From an uncultured bacterium (lineage in GTDB: Bacteria; Planctomycetota; UBA1135; UBA2386), in contig CALCZA010000021.1 in the NCBI GenBank assembly GCA_937906475.1, positions 60,220 to 124,219 on the forward strand: a DNA stretch of 64,000 nucleotides. The letters are read 5' to 3'. Below the pieces are notes generated by a model. It worked only from the letters and a program-made list of their open reading frames with translations, did no database searches and was not told the origin of the DNA. Below, piece by piece: positions 18,677 to 28,116 of this stretch (position 1 is its first letter; each line of letters begins with the position of its first letter). A program made the position numbers and the translations under genes.

Positions 18677-19194
18677 TAGCGCGGCGTCGTTTGGTTGCTG
18701 GGTGCGGGCTTGCCTACGCCGGCCGGAGCAGGTTTGTAGAGGCTGACCAGTAAGCCGCCGGTGGCTGCGAGCACGATGCCTAGCAAGAACCGCCAGTCAA
18801 GTTTCGCCCAGCCACCTGCCGGTGGGTGCAACGACATCGCAACGATCGCGTTCACGATTGGTGCCCCCGCGAAGATAATCGACATGACCGCGGCTGGATG
18901 TCCCTTCGCGCCGAATGCGAGTAGCACGCCAAACGCGCCGATCGCGCCAACCGCACCGGCAACTAGTGACAAGCCGATCGCCTTGCCGGGCATCGCCCAC
19001 GACGCCTTCGCTGCGAGCAACATACCTGCCGGTGCTAACACCGCGATCAGGACGTAGGCGATGCCGACCCAGAAGAACGCCTTGTAGCGACCGTTGACTG
19101 CATCGCCCATGCTGACTTGGCCCGCGTGCAGAAGCACGCCGTACAGGCCCCACGAGGCGACGGTGAGTAGGGCGAACAGGATCCAAGTTTGCAT
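18676..19194 (-). CDS. Conserved 5-TM membrane protein (EamA/DMT-like)
   Basis: Five hydrophobic helices with WGLYG and VMSIIFAGAPIVNA; 1-bp overlap with the ABC ATPase gene. Confidence 0.8.
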   Translation of the reverse strand: MQTWILFALLTVASWGLYGVLLHAGQVSMGDAVNGRYKAFFWVGIAYVLIAVLAPAGMLLAAKASWAMPGKAIGLSLVAGAVGAIGAFGVLLAFGAKGHPAAVMSIIFAGAPIVNAIVAMSLHPPAGGWAKLDWRFLLGIVLAATGGLLVSLYKPAPAGVGKPAPSNQTTPR

Positions 19195-19546
19195 AGCGAG
19201 AGTGTCGGCGTCGTGACCTTCTGCCGCAAGCGCGCTGCGTCACCGCTGGCACTCGTAGTCACAAACGATTCAGATTTGTGCACCGAGTTGTCCCCGATGG
19301 GGCTCTTTCCTTGTGAAGCGACGGCAGCGGTAATTCTCACGGAGGTGCAACCGGTGGTCCCGTAGTCCTCGGCACCGCAGCGGATGCCTTGGTTTGCCAT
19401 CCTGGGCGGTAGTGCCGCTCAGCCCGCGTGTCGCCACTGCGCCAGGCAAGCATCGTGATGCGCCGTTTCGCGCGATCGAAGCTGAGCGTAAGCCCGTGAT
19501 GCGTGGGGGACAGAATCGCCAGTTGCGGTTCCATCCAGATGACTGG

Positions 19547-20857
19547 CTAGGAGCGGGTCGTTGTGCTGGCGGCGTCTGCGACCAGGCGTTCGCAGATGTG
19601 TGCGACGTTCTTGGCCATGCGGCTAGCGGAGAACTTCTTCGCGACGGCTTCCCGACCTTGCGTGCCGAGAGTGCGCGCCAAGTCTTCGTTGTTCAGGACT
19701 GACTCGAGTGCATTGGCCAAGGCCTCGGGACTATCCGGCTCGCACAGCACCCCGCCTTGGGTCGCTTCGACGATTTCGGGGAACGCCGCATGTCGTGGTT
19801 GCACGACAGGGACTCCGGCGGCCATCGCTTCGAGCAGATAGAGGCCGAAGGATTCCTGGTAGCGAGCCGGCACCGACAGCGTGCTCAGCGTGTGCAAGAA
19901 CGCGACCTTTGTTGCGAGGTCGATGTTCGGCAGGAACTCGGTATCGCTGGCAAAGCCACTCGCGGCGATGCGCTGCTGCAACTGGCGAACGTAGGTCCGA
20001 TCTTCGGCCAGTTGCACGCCGGCGACGCGCAGGCGTAAGCCTTCGACGCTGCCGCGTTGCTTGAGGATCAGGAACGCATCGACGAGGGTGTCGAGTCCCT
20101 TGTCGCGGCACATGCGGGCCAGGTATCCGATGGTTTTTGGCAATTGCCTCGACGTGCCAGTTGGCGCGAAGCTCTCGGCGTCGATGCCGTTGTGCACGAT
20201 GTGCAGTTTGTCAGCCGCGATGGCCAACCGCTCGCGCATCTCTTTGCCATAGGTCTCACTGACCGCGATCAATGCGTCAGCCTCGGCGGCACGTTCGCGC
20301 AAGGCCTGCCATGCTGCATCGGCATCCACTTGGCTGAGTTCATCTAAAAATGGTGTCTCACCTTGCAGCGTGATGAGCACCGGCACTCTGAGGGATTCAC
20401 GTAGTCGGCGCACGATTCCGGCCAGCATCGCGTTCGATACGATGACGACATCTGGCTGCGGTTGCGTCGCGATCCACCGCATCAACTTGTCGACTTCGAG
20501 CGCTTGCCGGCCGCATTCCCCGCGCAGGATTGAGACGGTCATCGGGCCGAGGGCCTTGGCATCCGTCATGTTGCCGCGGCGCGAGGCCCAGCGAAGTAGC
20601 GACGGTCGGTCGAGCCAATCGCTGAGGAAGCGCGGTAGGTAGCGAGCGAGTCGGGTCTTTTGTTGCAGGTAGACGTTGATGCCGCCCATCAGCACCGGTT
20701 GTTCCTGCTGCTTGCGCTCGAGTTGCATCGGCAGATACAGCGGCACCGACGTGACCTCGTGACCCAGTTCCTGCAGCGCCTTGCCGAGTGTGTCATCGCG
20801 CAGGCAACTGCCACAATAGAAGTGGCCGGTACCAGGAGTCAGCAACATTACGCGCAT
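19547..20857 (-). CDS. Glycosyltransferase family 4 (GT-B) with N-terminal CGSC motif
   Basis: IVHNGID, GYLARMCRDKG, ESFGLYLLEAMAAGVPVV (EX7E); N-terminal HFYCGSCLRD. Confidence 0.9.
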   Translation of the reverse strand: MRVMLLTPGTGHFYCGSCLRDDTLGKALQELGHEVTSVPLYLPMQLERKQQEQPVLMGGINVYLQQKTRLARYLPRFLSDWLDRPSLLRWASRRGNMTDAKALGPMTVSILRGECGRQALEVDKLMRWIATQPQPDVVIVSNAMLAGIVRRLRESLRVPVLITLQGETPFLDELSQVDADAAWQALRERAAEADALIAVSETYGKEMRERLAIAADKLHIVHNGIDAESFAPTGTSRQLPKTIGYLARMCRDKGLDTLVDAFLILKQRGSVEGLRLRVAGVQLAEDRTYVRQLQQRIAASGFASDTEFLPNIDLATKVAFLHTLSTLSVPARYQESFGLYLLEAMAAGVPVVQPRHAAFPEIVEATQGGVLCEPDSPEALANALESVLNNEDLARTLGTQGREAVAKKFSASRMAKNVAHICERLVADAASTTTRS

Positions 20858-20864
20858 GGCTGGC

Positions 20865-22922
20865 CTACTTGCCGCTCACGGGTGCGTGGAACGCGTAGAC
20901 ACGGTGGTCGCCGGTGCCGACGATGATCATGTCGTCGACAACTGCGGGCGACGAATAGATCGCCTTGCCGACGTCGTAGTTCCACAACTCCTTACCGTCC
21001 TTCAGCGACAGCAGGTAGAGGCGGCCATCGCCGGATCCGAACACAACCTTGTCGCCAGTGATTACCGGGGATGCATCGACCTTGCGTCTTGTCTTGAACT
21101 TCCACTGGGGCCTGCCGTCTTTGCGGGTCACGCAGTGAAGGTTCTTGTCACGACCGCCAAACACGACGTACTTATCGTTGATTGCGGGCGACGAGACGAA
21201 GCCATCGCGCTTACTGCTATAGCGCCAATCAATGTTGCCGCTGTCGAGGTCGACGCGCAGGAACTCGTTGCCGTAGTGACCGAAGTAGGCCTTGTCAGCA
21301 AATAACGCGACCGACCCGGCGACCTGGCATCCCTGGCCAAGATCGATCTTGGTGACACGCTTCCCAGTCTCGACGTTGACGAGGTGTAGGCCGGCATCGC
21401 AACCGCCGAACACCATCTCGCCGTTGTAAATAGCGGGCGTGCCATTCACGTAGTTGTCGGTTTCGTACTCCCACAGTTTCTTGCCGGTGGCGTCGAGGCA
21501 GTAGACGCGCGCGTCGTAACTGCCGACGACGATGCGCTTCTCGCCAGTCTTGGATGTGAACCAGTTGGCGCCGCCGAGGATCTTGTCCTGAGTTTCAAAC
21601 TTCCACGCGAGTTCGCCAGTCTTGGCGTCGAGCGCGTAGAGGAAACCGTCCGACGAACCGATGTAGACGCGGCCGTCGAGCACCAGTGCCGGCGCTTCGA
21701 CCATGTCCTGCGTCGGATACGACCAGCGCTTGCTGCCGGTGGCTTGATCGATCGCGTAGACCGAGTTGTCGGTGGAGCCAATGAATACCGTGCCGTCGAC
21801 GACTGCGGGCGACGAGAGGATTTCGTCTTTGGTGGCGAACGTCCATGCGAGTGTTGGCTTGTTGCCAATGTGCCCCGGTGCGGTGCCGTGCAGTTGCGGG
21901 TTGCCGCGGTAGTGCGGCCATTGCGTCGGCGTGGCGATCGCCGGTGCGATGTTGGTGCGCACAGCTATCGGAACCGGTGCCGCTACTGCAAACCGGTACT
22001 TAGCTTCGAACTTGTATTTCAACAGCAGTTCACGCCGCAGGGCTAGGATCTCGGAACTGCGGGCTTTGCCACCTCCGAGTTCCAGCCGCAGTGACGCCGC
22101 GACAGACTCGAGTTTGGTGACCTTGCGGTCAAGCACCTGCACGAGGTGGCAACCAGTCTCGCTGGTGACTGGCTGCGAAATAGCGCCCACCTCCAGCGAG
22201 CGAACCACCGCGGTGAAAGCGTCGCCGTAGCGGTTGTAGTTGTAGCCAGCGAGCACGCCGGCATTGCTGCGGCGTCGTGGGGCACGCAGCAGTCGGCGCG
22301 TCAGTCGATCGTGCGATAACTTCAGTAAATCGTCAAACGAGGCTCCGTTCTGCAGGCGTTCTCGCAGTGCCTCGGCACACTGTTGCGCCGTCTGCGGCTT
22401 AGAGCGTTCGTCCGTACAGAGGATGTGGCGCACTCGGACGCGCACGCCGTCGACGCCATAGCGGTGATGGAAGCGGGCGAGCAGAGACTCTTTGTCGATG
22501 CTGCGGCGTGCGCCGACCAGTTCGCGGATGCGAAGGTCGCGCAGTTGGTCGGTTGCATAGCGTGCTAACGAACCGCCGATCGCTTCGCCGGTTGGGCTCT
22601 GTTGCGATTCGAGTGAGAAGCGCATGGCCATCGAACGCGCCAGCACTACTGCGGTGCGCGCGACACCTTTGGCTTGGCACTCGTGCGCGAGCAGATAGTC
22701 GAAGGCCAGGTTCTCAAGCACGCGCGGGCTCTTGCGATCGCCGGCGTAGCTGGTGAACGAATCGTTGCTGAGAACGCCGACCGTTGTCGTGCCGGCCACA
22801 GCCGCATTGTTACTAGCCGCGCGCTCGGTGAAGAAAGCGCCGCTCGCATCAAGTCGCAATGACTGTGCGTGCGCCAGCCCGATCAGCAGTGGCAATGCCA
22901 ACGATGCGTGTGCGGCCTTCAT
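20865..22922 (-). CDS. Fusion of parvulin-type peptidyl-prolyl isomerase domain and PQQ-like beta-propeller
   Basis: Signal peptide from ATG 22922 (4-bp overlap with the ADH stop), VRVRHILC, GAISQPVTSETGCHLVQV, then WPHYRGN and highly regular BamB-type repeats (SSPAV.DG.VFIGS.D..VYA.D..TG...W). Confidence 0.85.
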   Translation of the reverse strand: MKAAHASLALPLLIGLAHAQSLRLDASGAFFTERAASNNAAVAGTTTVGVLSNDSFTSYAGDRKSPRVLENLAFDYLLAHECQAKGVARTAVVLARSMAMRFSLESQQSPTGEAIGGSLARYATDQLRDLRIRELVGARRSIDKESLLARFHHRYGVDGVRVRVRHILCTDERSKPQTAQQCAEALRERLQNGASFDDLLKLSHDRLTRRLLRAPRRRSNAGVLAGYNYNRYGDAFTAVVRSLEVGAISQPVTSETGCHLVQVLDRKVTKLESVAASLRLELGGGKARSSEILALRRELLLKYKFEAKYRFAVAAPVPIAVRTNIAPAIATPTQWPHYRGNPQLHGTAPGHIGNKPTLAWTFATKDEILSSPAVVDGTVFIGSTDNSVYAIDQATGSKRWSYPTQDMVEAPALVLDGRVYIGSSDGFLYALDAKTGELAWKFETQDKILGGANWFTSKTGEKRIVVGSYDARVYCLDATGKKLWEYETDNYVNGTPAIYNGEMVFGGCDAGLHLVNVETGKRVTKIDLGQGCQVAGSVALFADKAYFGHYGNEFLRVDLDSGNIDWRYSSKRDGFVSSPAINDKYVVFGGRDKNLHCVTRKDGRPQWKFKTRRKVDASPVITGDKVVFGSGDGRLYLLSLKDGKELWNYDVGKAIYSSPAVVDDMIIVGTGDHRVYAFHAPVSGK

Positions 22923-24067
22923 GACGTGATCTGCGCGAACAGGGAGCGAAACGCCGCTTCGTCGACGGGTTGAGGATTGAATTGAGCCGTCCACTGCTCG
23001 GCCGCCTCGGATGAGAGCGCGTCGATTGCTGATGCGGGGATGTTGTCGGGTGCTCGTTCGAACCCGCCGATCACCACGAGTTCGCGCAAGCGCACGATGA
23101 GTTGTTTGACCGCATCCTTAGTCGGCACGCTGCGTTCGACCAGGCCGGCGTCGTAGGCGAGTTCGGCGTAGCCAAGCGAGGCCTGCTTGTCCTGGGCATT
23201 GAATCGAACGACGAATGGCAATAACTGTCCGACCGCCTGGCCGTGCACGACGCCGAATTGTCTGGTCAGTGGGTTGGCCATCGAATGGGCGGCGCCCAGC
23301 ATGCTGTTCTCGATGGCGATGCCGGCAGCAGCGGATGCGCGCAGCATGGCACTGCGGGCCGCGAGGTCGTCGGGGTTGCTCAGGATGGTTTCGAAGTTGC
23401 GTTCCACCAAGCGAAACGCTTCGCGCGAATACATCACCGATGCTTCGGTGCGGACGGTTGTCACAGCGGTCTCGACCGAGTGGGCAAGCGTGTCGAGACC
23501 GGCGCAGATTGCAACGAAGCGAGGTTGGCTGCGCGTCAGGTCCGGGTCGAGGATCGCAAAGCGCGGCACTTCGCCGCCGCATGCCATTTTGCGGCCGGTG
23601 TCGGTGTTGGTGATTAGTGCGAACGACTGCACTTCGCTGCCGGTGCCTGCGGTGGTCGGGATTGCGATCACCGGAGGCTGCGGGTGCGGCTTGGTCTTGC
23701 GGCCGACATAGTCGCGCATGCGGCCGCCACCGTTTGCCAGGATGGAACAGCCCTTGGCGACATCGATGCTGCTGCCGCCGCCCAGTGCGACGATCCAATC
23801 GGCGCCATCGGCTCCGAAAGCTTGCTTGTATGCGGCCACGCAGGCATCGACGTTGTCCTCATCGGGGTTCTCGCGCACGCCATCAAAGCGGTGGTAGGTC
23901 GTTCCCTTGGCCGCGAACGTGGCTTCCAATCGTGCGACGTGCCCAGCGGCGACGATGCCGAGATCGGTGACCAGCAAGACGCGCTGATCCGCGATGTGTG
24001 CGACTTGCTCAAGCGAACCTTGCCCCGAGATCAGGTTGGTCCCTATTGGGATCGGCTGCGGGTCCAT
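22919..24067 (-). CDS. Iron-containing alcohol dehydrogenase
   Basis: GGGSSID, IPTTAGTGSE, metal ligands DTLAH, AAH and VHG. Start is ATG 24067 or GTG 24070, coupled to the upstream stop. Confidence 0.92.
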   Translation of the reverse strand: MDPQPIPIGTNLISGQGSLEQVAHIADQRVLLVTDLGIVAAGHVARLEATFAAKGTTYHRFDGVRENPDEDNVDACVAAYKQAFGADGADWIVALGGGSSIDVAKGCSILANGGGRMRDYVGRKTKPHPQPPVIAIPTTAGTGSEVQSFALITNTDTGRKMACGGEVPRFAILDPDLTRSQPRFVAICAGLDTLAHSVETAVTTVRTEASVMYSREAFRLVERNFETILSNPDDLAARSAMLRASAAAGIAIENSMLGAAHSMANPLTRQFGVVHGQAVGQLLPFVVRFNAQDKQASLGYAELAYDAGLVERSVPTKDAVKQLIVRLRELVVIGGFERAPDNIPASAIDALSSEAAEQWTAQFNPQPVDEAAFRSLFAQITS

Positions 24068-25506
24068 CACCAAGCCTTGGCTCGTTGGATCGCGCGCCGT
24101 TCGTAGAGGAACTCGAACAGGTTGCCTTCGTGCGGTTGGTCCCACTCGACATGCGAGGTTGCTACAGGGCCGAGGTTGAGGCGGTCGACGTCGTGGGAAC
24201 GGGTCAGTGCATCGATGAGTTGGTTGTCACGGGTGATTGCGGTGACAACGAGACTGGGTCCCATGGCTGCGACCAGCTGGTCTTGGGGCACTTCTACAAC
24301 CGACGCGAATGGGAATAAGAACTCGGTCTTCGCCAACGGGTGTTCGATGCTGTCGCAGCGCACGATCGTCGGCAGCAAGTAGGGTGCGCCGGCTAGTTCT
24401 TGTGCGCGCGGTGCACCGCGATGCTTTGCGGTGACGTCTTGGGCTCCGCCGGCCTGCACGTCTGCTTCGATCTTGGCATCGATGAACTCGGCGAACTTTC
24501 GATTAGCGAACGCCGAGAGCGTTGCCGCGTCGTCTGCCGGGTCACGCGGCTTGTGGCCGGCGAGTTCTTGGGCTAGCGCCGCGGCGATCTCGTCGCCGTG
24601 CGATGGCACCAGGATCGATGAGGCGTTGATGCAACTGCGGCCGCCGTTGGCTGCAACCGAGTCCAGTAGCACTGGTAAATGGTCGCGCCAGTTGTCGATT
24701 TCGTCGGCCCCGATCAGCACTTTGCTGCGGCCAGGGCCGTGGATCTGCACCCGTAAGTCATGGGCGTAGGCGTCGGTGACCGTGACGTCGCCGAATAGCA
24801 GCGTGCGGCCACAGCGTTCGAGAATGACGGCCGAGCCTTCGTGGTCGGTTGGGTAGAAGCTGAAGGCTTCCGCTGGGCAGCCGGCGGCGATGAACGCTCG
24901 CATGATTCGCAGCGGCGTCCACGGTTCTTCGCGTCCCGGTTTGAGCACGACCGGAATGCCGAGCGCAAGCGCCGGCATCCAGATGGAGTTGACGCCTGGC
25001 GAGTTACTTGGCAACACCACGCCAAGTGCACTCGTCGTCGGCGAGTAGTGCACTGGGATGCCGCCGTGTTCGCCAAACCCTGTTTCGACAACGCTAGGGC
25101 TCATGCCGCGCATCAGGCCGTTGAGGATGTCCGCCATGCCGTCGAAGACCGTGAAGATCTTCTGCATGTTGCGGCGCACGAGCACATGGGGAAGCCCACT
25201 GGTCTGGCTCAATGTGGCGATGTATTGCTCTGCGGTCTGCGTGTCGCCTTCACTGTTGAGCGGTAGTTCGCCATGCAGGAACAGTTGGCCTGCCTTTTTA
25301 CAGATCTCCAGCAGTTGCGAACTGCTCAGCTCGCGCAGTTTCTTGGCCGCCGCATCTTGGCGACGCAAGTCGCGCTTGATCATGCCTGCGTTGCACTGGC
25401 TGATGCGCGCCAAGATTTCGTCGCTGCCGATGCCGGAGATCTCGGTCTGGTCGAGGCTGGTGTACTCGACGCCAGCCCGTAGCACTGGGATATGTGGAGC
25501 GCTCAA
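24067..25506 (-). CDS. Aldehyde dehydrogenase superfamily / LuxC-GriD-like acyl reductase
   Basis: VVLPSNSPG, VVLKPG, HGPGRSK, catalytic NGGRSCINAS, EFLFPF, and C-terminal PHEGNLFEFLY. Confidence 0.82.
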   Translation of the reverse strand: MSAPHIPVLRAGVEYTSLDQTEISGIGSDEILARISQCNAGMIKRDLRRQDAAAKKLRELSSSQLLEICKKAGQLFLHGELPLNSEGDTQTAEQYIATLSQTSGLPHVLVRRNMQKIFTVFDGMADILNGLMRGMSPSVVETGFGEHGGIPVHYSPTTSALGVVLPSNSPGVNSIWMPALALGIPVVLKPGREEPWTPLRIMRAFIAAGCPAEAFSFYPTDHEGSAVILERCGRTLLFGDVTVTDAYAHDLRVQIHGPGRSKVLIGADEIDNWRDHLPVLLDSVAANGGRSCINASSILVPSHGDEIAAALAQELAGHKPRDPADDAATLSAFANRKFAEFIDAKIEADVQAGGAQDVTAKHRGAPRAQELAGAPYLLPTIVRCDSIEHPLAKTEFLFPFASVVEVPQDQLVAAMGPSLVVTAITRDNQLIDALTRSHDVDRLNLGPVATSHVEWDQPHEGNLFEFLYERRAIQRAKAW

Positions 25507-26570
25507 TAGACTCCCTCGACGATCGTGGCGGCTTGCGCACCGAATGGTCGCACCTCAGCTACGCCGTCCCACGGGTAGGCCTCACACGGTGCCCGCCGCA
25601 GCGCTTCGTCTCGCTCGAGGAAGCGAGGCATGAAGAACTCCTTGGTCAGCGTTGTCAGTTCGACGCGGCCCCATTGCTCATAGTCGACAACGGTATCGGT
25701 GGCGTCCGGATCGACGACCCGCAACAACGCGCGCGGTTGCGGCGCGTAGTAGGTGATCGAGTAGTTGTCTTCGCGCAAGGTGCGGCGGTGCGCCGCCAGG
25801 CCCATCAGTGTGTTGCCGTAGGTCGGCACGAACTCGATTTCGTCTTCGAGGATCTCTTCGCAGATGAACCGCGTGCTTTGCGGTGTCATAGTCGTGCCAC
25901 CGCAGAACACACCCTTGATGCCTGCTTCGACGAGCGACATGCGGTCGCCGAGTTCTTCGAGCAGTTTCGGAGTCGTGAACAGCGCCGTCACCTTGCGATG
26001 CTTGAGGATCAATTCGGCCTGATCAACGACGTGCGTCATGTAGGCCTTGGCTTGGTCGAACAGCTTCGTCTTGATCAGTTTCTTGACCCAGCGTGGATCG
26101 AGGTCGACGAAGTAGCACGACGAACCGCGGAAGTTGGCTAGGTGCTCGATTGCGAGGCGCAGGCGACGCGGCCCAGTTGGCCCGACCATCAACCAGTGGC
26201 CACCTGGCGGGAACGACGCGTCACTCAGCGATGCCGAGAACTGTTCGTAGTCGATCTTGTAGTCATCCCAACCGACGCGCTGCTTCGGCATGCCGGTGGT
26301 GCCGCCAGTTTCGAAGATCGTGTAGGGGCGATCTAGGTAGGCGCGTGGCACGAACCGTTCGTGAGGCTCGGTGCGCAGCAGTTCGCCGTCGAAGTGCGGG
26401 AAGCGCACTAGGTCGGCGAGCGACGTGACGTCGTTCTTGGGATCCCAGTCGACCGTCTTTTGCCAATCCAGCCAATACGGGGTTCCAGTCTCTTCGGAGA
26501 AGTGCCAGCGCACCATCTCACAGAAGTGCGTGTCGAGGTCGGTGCGGTCCGATTGCGGAGCAGTGGTCAT
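25503..26570 (-). CDS. Truncated adenylate-forming enzyme, GriC/EhpF/LuxE-like
   Basis: P-loop FETGGTTGMPK, A5-like PTYGNTLMG, A7-like FLERDEA. About 355 aa, lacking the C-terminal ANL subdomain; N-terminal WHFSEETGTPYW. Confidence 0.8.
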   Translation of the reverse strand: MTTAPQSDRTDLDTHFCEMVRWHFSEETGTPYWLDWQKTVDWDPKNDVTSLADLVRFPHFDGELLRTEPHERFVPRAYLDRPYTIFETGGTTGMPKQRVGWDDYKIDYEQFSASLSDASFPPGGHWLMVGPTGPRRLRLAIEHLANFRGSSCYFVDLDPRWVKKLIKTKLFDQAKAYMTHVVDQAELILKHRKVTALFTTPKLLEELGDRMSLVEAGIKGVFCGGTTMTPQSTRFICEEILEDEIEFVPTYGNTLMGLAAHRRTLREDNYSITYYAPQPRALLRVVDPDATDTVVDYEQWGRVELTTLTKEFFMPRFLERDEALRRAPCEAYPWDGVAEVRPFGAQAATIVEGVY

Positions 26571-26583
26571 GTAGAGAAACGGA

Positions 26584-28116
26584 TCAGGTGACCTTTTGGC
26601 CAATGCCAAAGTAGCGGTCAACGGTGGCTGCGGGCAGTGGTTTGGTGACCAGGCTGACGACCACGAGGGTGATGGTCGAGGCGGCAATCATGAACGCGAC
26701 CGGCATCATGCCCCAGATGAGGTAGTCACCTTGGATGTGTTCGCCTGCCAGCGCCGGTGCGAGCAGGCCGTCGTAGAACAGCACGCACCACATGATGCCA
26801 GCAACTACCACCGATGCGATGGCGCCGGCGCGGGTCGCGCGCTTCCAGTAAACGGCGGCGACCACGAGTGGGAACAAGCTGGCGAAGCCACTGAAGCACC
26901 AGACCGCTAGGTCGAAGATGTTGGGTGGCGGGAACAGCGACAGCACGTAGGTCAGTGCGACGATCGCGACAATGAAGCCGCGGCCGAGGGCCACGCGTCG
27001 GACCTCTGAGACCTTCTCTTCGCCGAGCGCGTGCACGACGATGTCGTGGGTGAACATCGTGCCGAGGCAGACGAACTGCGAATCGAGCGACGACATGATG
27101 GCCGCCAAGATGCCGGCGAGCAGCAGACCGGAGACCCATGGGTTCTTCAGCTGCATGAGGACCATCTTAGCGAGCACGGCGTTGGAGTTGCCGCCGGGAG
27201 CTTCGACGCCGGCGCCTGCAGCCCACACTCCGATTAGCACACACGGTACCCAGACGATCATGATGAAGATCGGGTGCGCGATGACCGTCATGCGGAACGT
27301 CTTGGCGCTGCGTGCGGTTAGCCAGTGCTGGAATAGGTGCGGGAACATGCCGACGGATAGCGGCACGAAGCAGTAGCTGAGGAACTGCAGGTGGCCGATC
27401 TCACCTTCGCGGGCGAGCAGTTGCGGGGCGTTGTCGATGACGGCTTGGGTCGCCGCTTCGACGCCGCCGAGTGAATCTGAGATCAGCACAAACGCGAGCA
27501 AGCCGACGGCCATGAAGACGATCGTTTGCACTGCATTGGCCAGCGCGGCGGCGCGCACGCCACCCGTCAGAATGTAGGCCAGCACCACCGCGCAAATCAC
27601 GGCGCCGGTCAACCACGTCGGCACGCCGGAGACGCCCAACAGCACCGAACCTGCCCCGAGGATGCCGATCAGTAGGTAGGGGATGACCAGGCCAACCAGG
27701 ACCGGAAACAGCAGATACCCGAGAGCGTTCGAATCGAAGCGGTTGCGGAAGAACTGGATCTGCGTGACGTAGTTGTAGCGCTTGCCGATCGCCCACAACT
27801 TGATGCCGACGAGGAAGAATACCAGCGAGTGCACGATGCCTGACGCCGACGCCATCAGGCCGTAGATGCCGATGCCGTTGTCGAACGCTTTGCCGGTCGA
27901 GCCGACCAACGCGAACGCAGTCATGGTCGTGCCGAACACGCTCATCAGGAGCAGGAACGGGCCGATCGATCGACTGGCGACGAAGAACTCGCCGGCCGAA
28001 CCGCGCGGCCGCCGACTGTTGATGATGCTGAACGCAAGCAGCAGCACCAGGTAGATGCCAACCACGATGAGCGGGGTTGTGCTCTTTGGCGGCGCCTGCA
28101 GTAGGTAGCTGATCAT
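26584..28116 (-). CDS. Sodium:solute symporter family protein
   Basis: About 13 TM helices; FFVASRSIG, YILTGGVRA, AAIMSSLDSQ, YWKRATRAGA. Confidence 0.93.
   Translation of the reverse strand: MISYLLQAPPKSTTPLIVVGIYLVLLLAFSIINSRRPRGSAGEFFVASRSIGPFLLLMSVFGTTMTAFALVGSTGKAFDNGIGIYGLMASASGIVHSLVFFLVGIKLWAIGKRYNYVTQIQFFRNRFDSNALGYLLFPVLVGLVIPYLLIGILGAGSVLLGVSGVPTWLTGAVICAVVLAYILTGGVRAAALANAVQTIVFMAVGLLAFVLISDSLGGVEAATQAVIDNAPQLLAREGEIGHLQFLSYCFVPLSVGMFPHLFQHWLTARSAKTFRMTVIAHPIFIMIVWVPCVLIGVWAAGAGVEAPGGNSNAVLAKMVLMQLKNPWVSGLLLAGILAAIMSSLDSQFVCLGTMFTHDIVVHALGEEKVSEVRRVALGRGFIVAIVALTYVLSLFPPPNIFDLAVWCFSGFASLFPLVVAAVYWKRATRAGAIASVVVAGIMWCVLFYDGLLAPALAGEHIQGDYLIWGMMPVAFMIAASTITLVVVSLVTKPLPAATVDRYFGIGQKVT

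Noticed and set aside
24067..26570. Bioluminescence (luxCE) or phenazine biosynthesis
   Set aside because: No luxAB/luxD and no phz core genes in the window; only the reductase-type module is shared.
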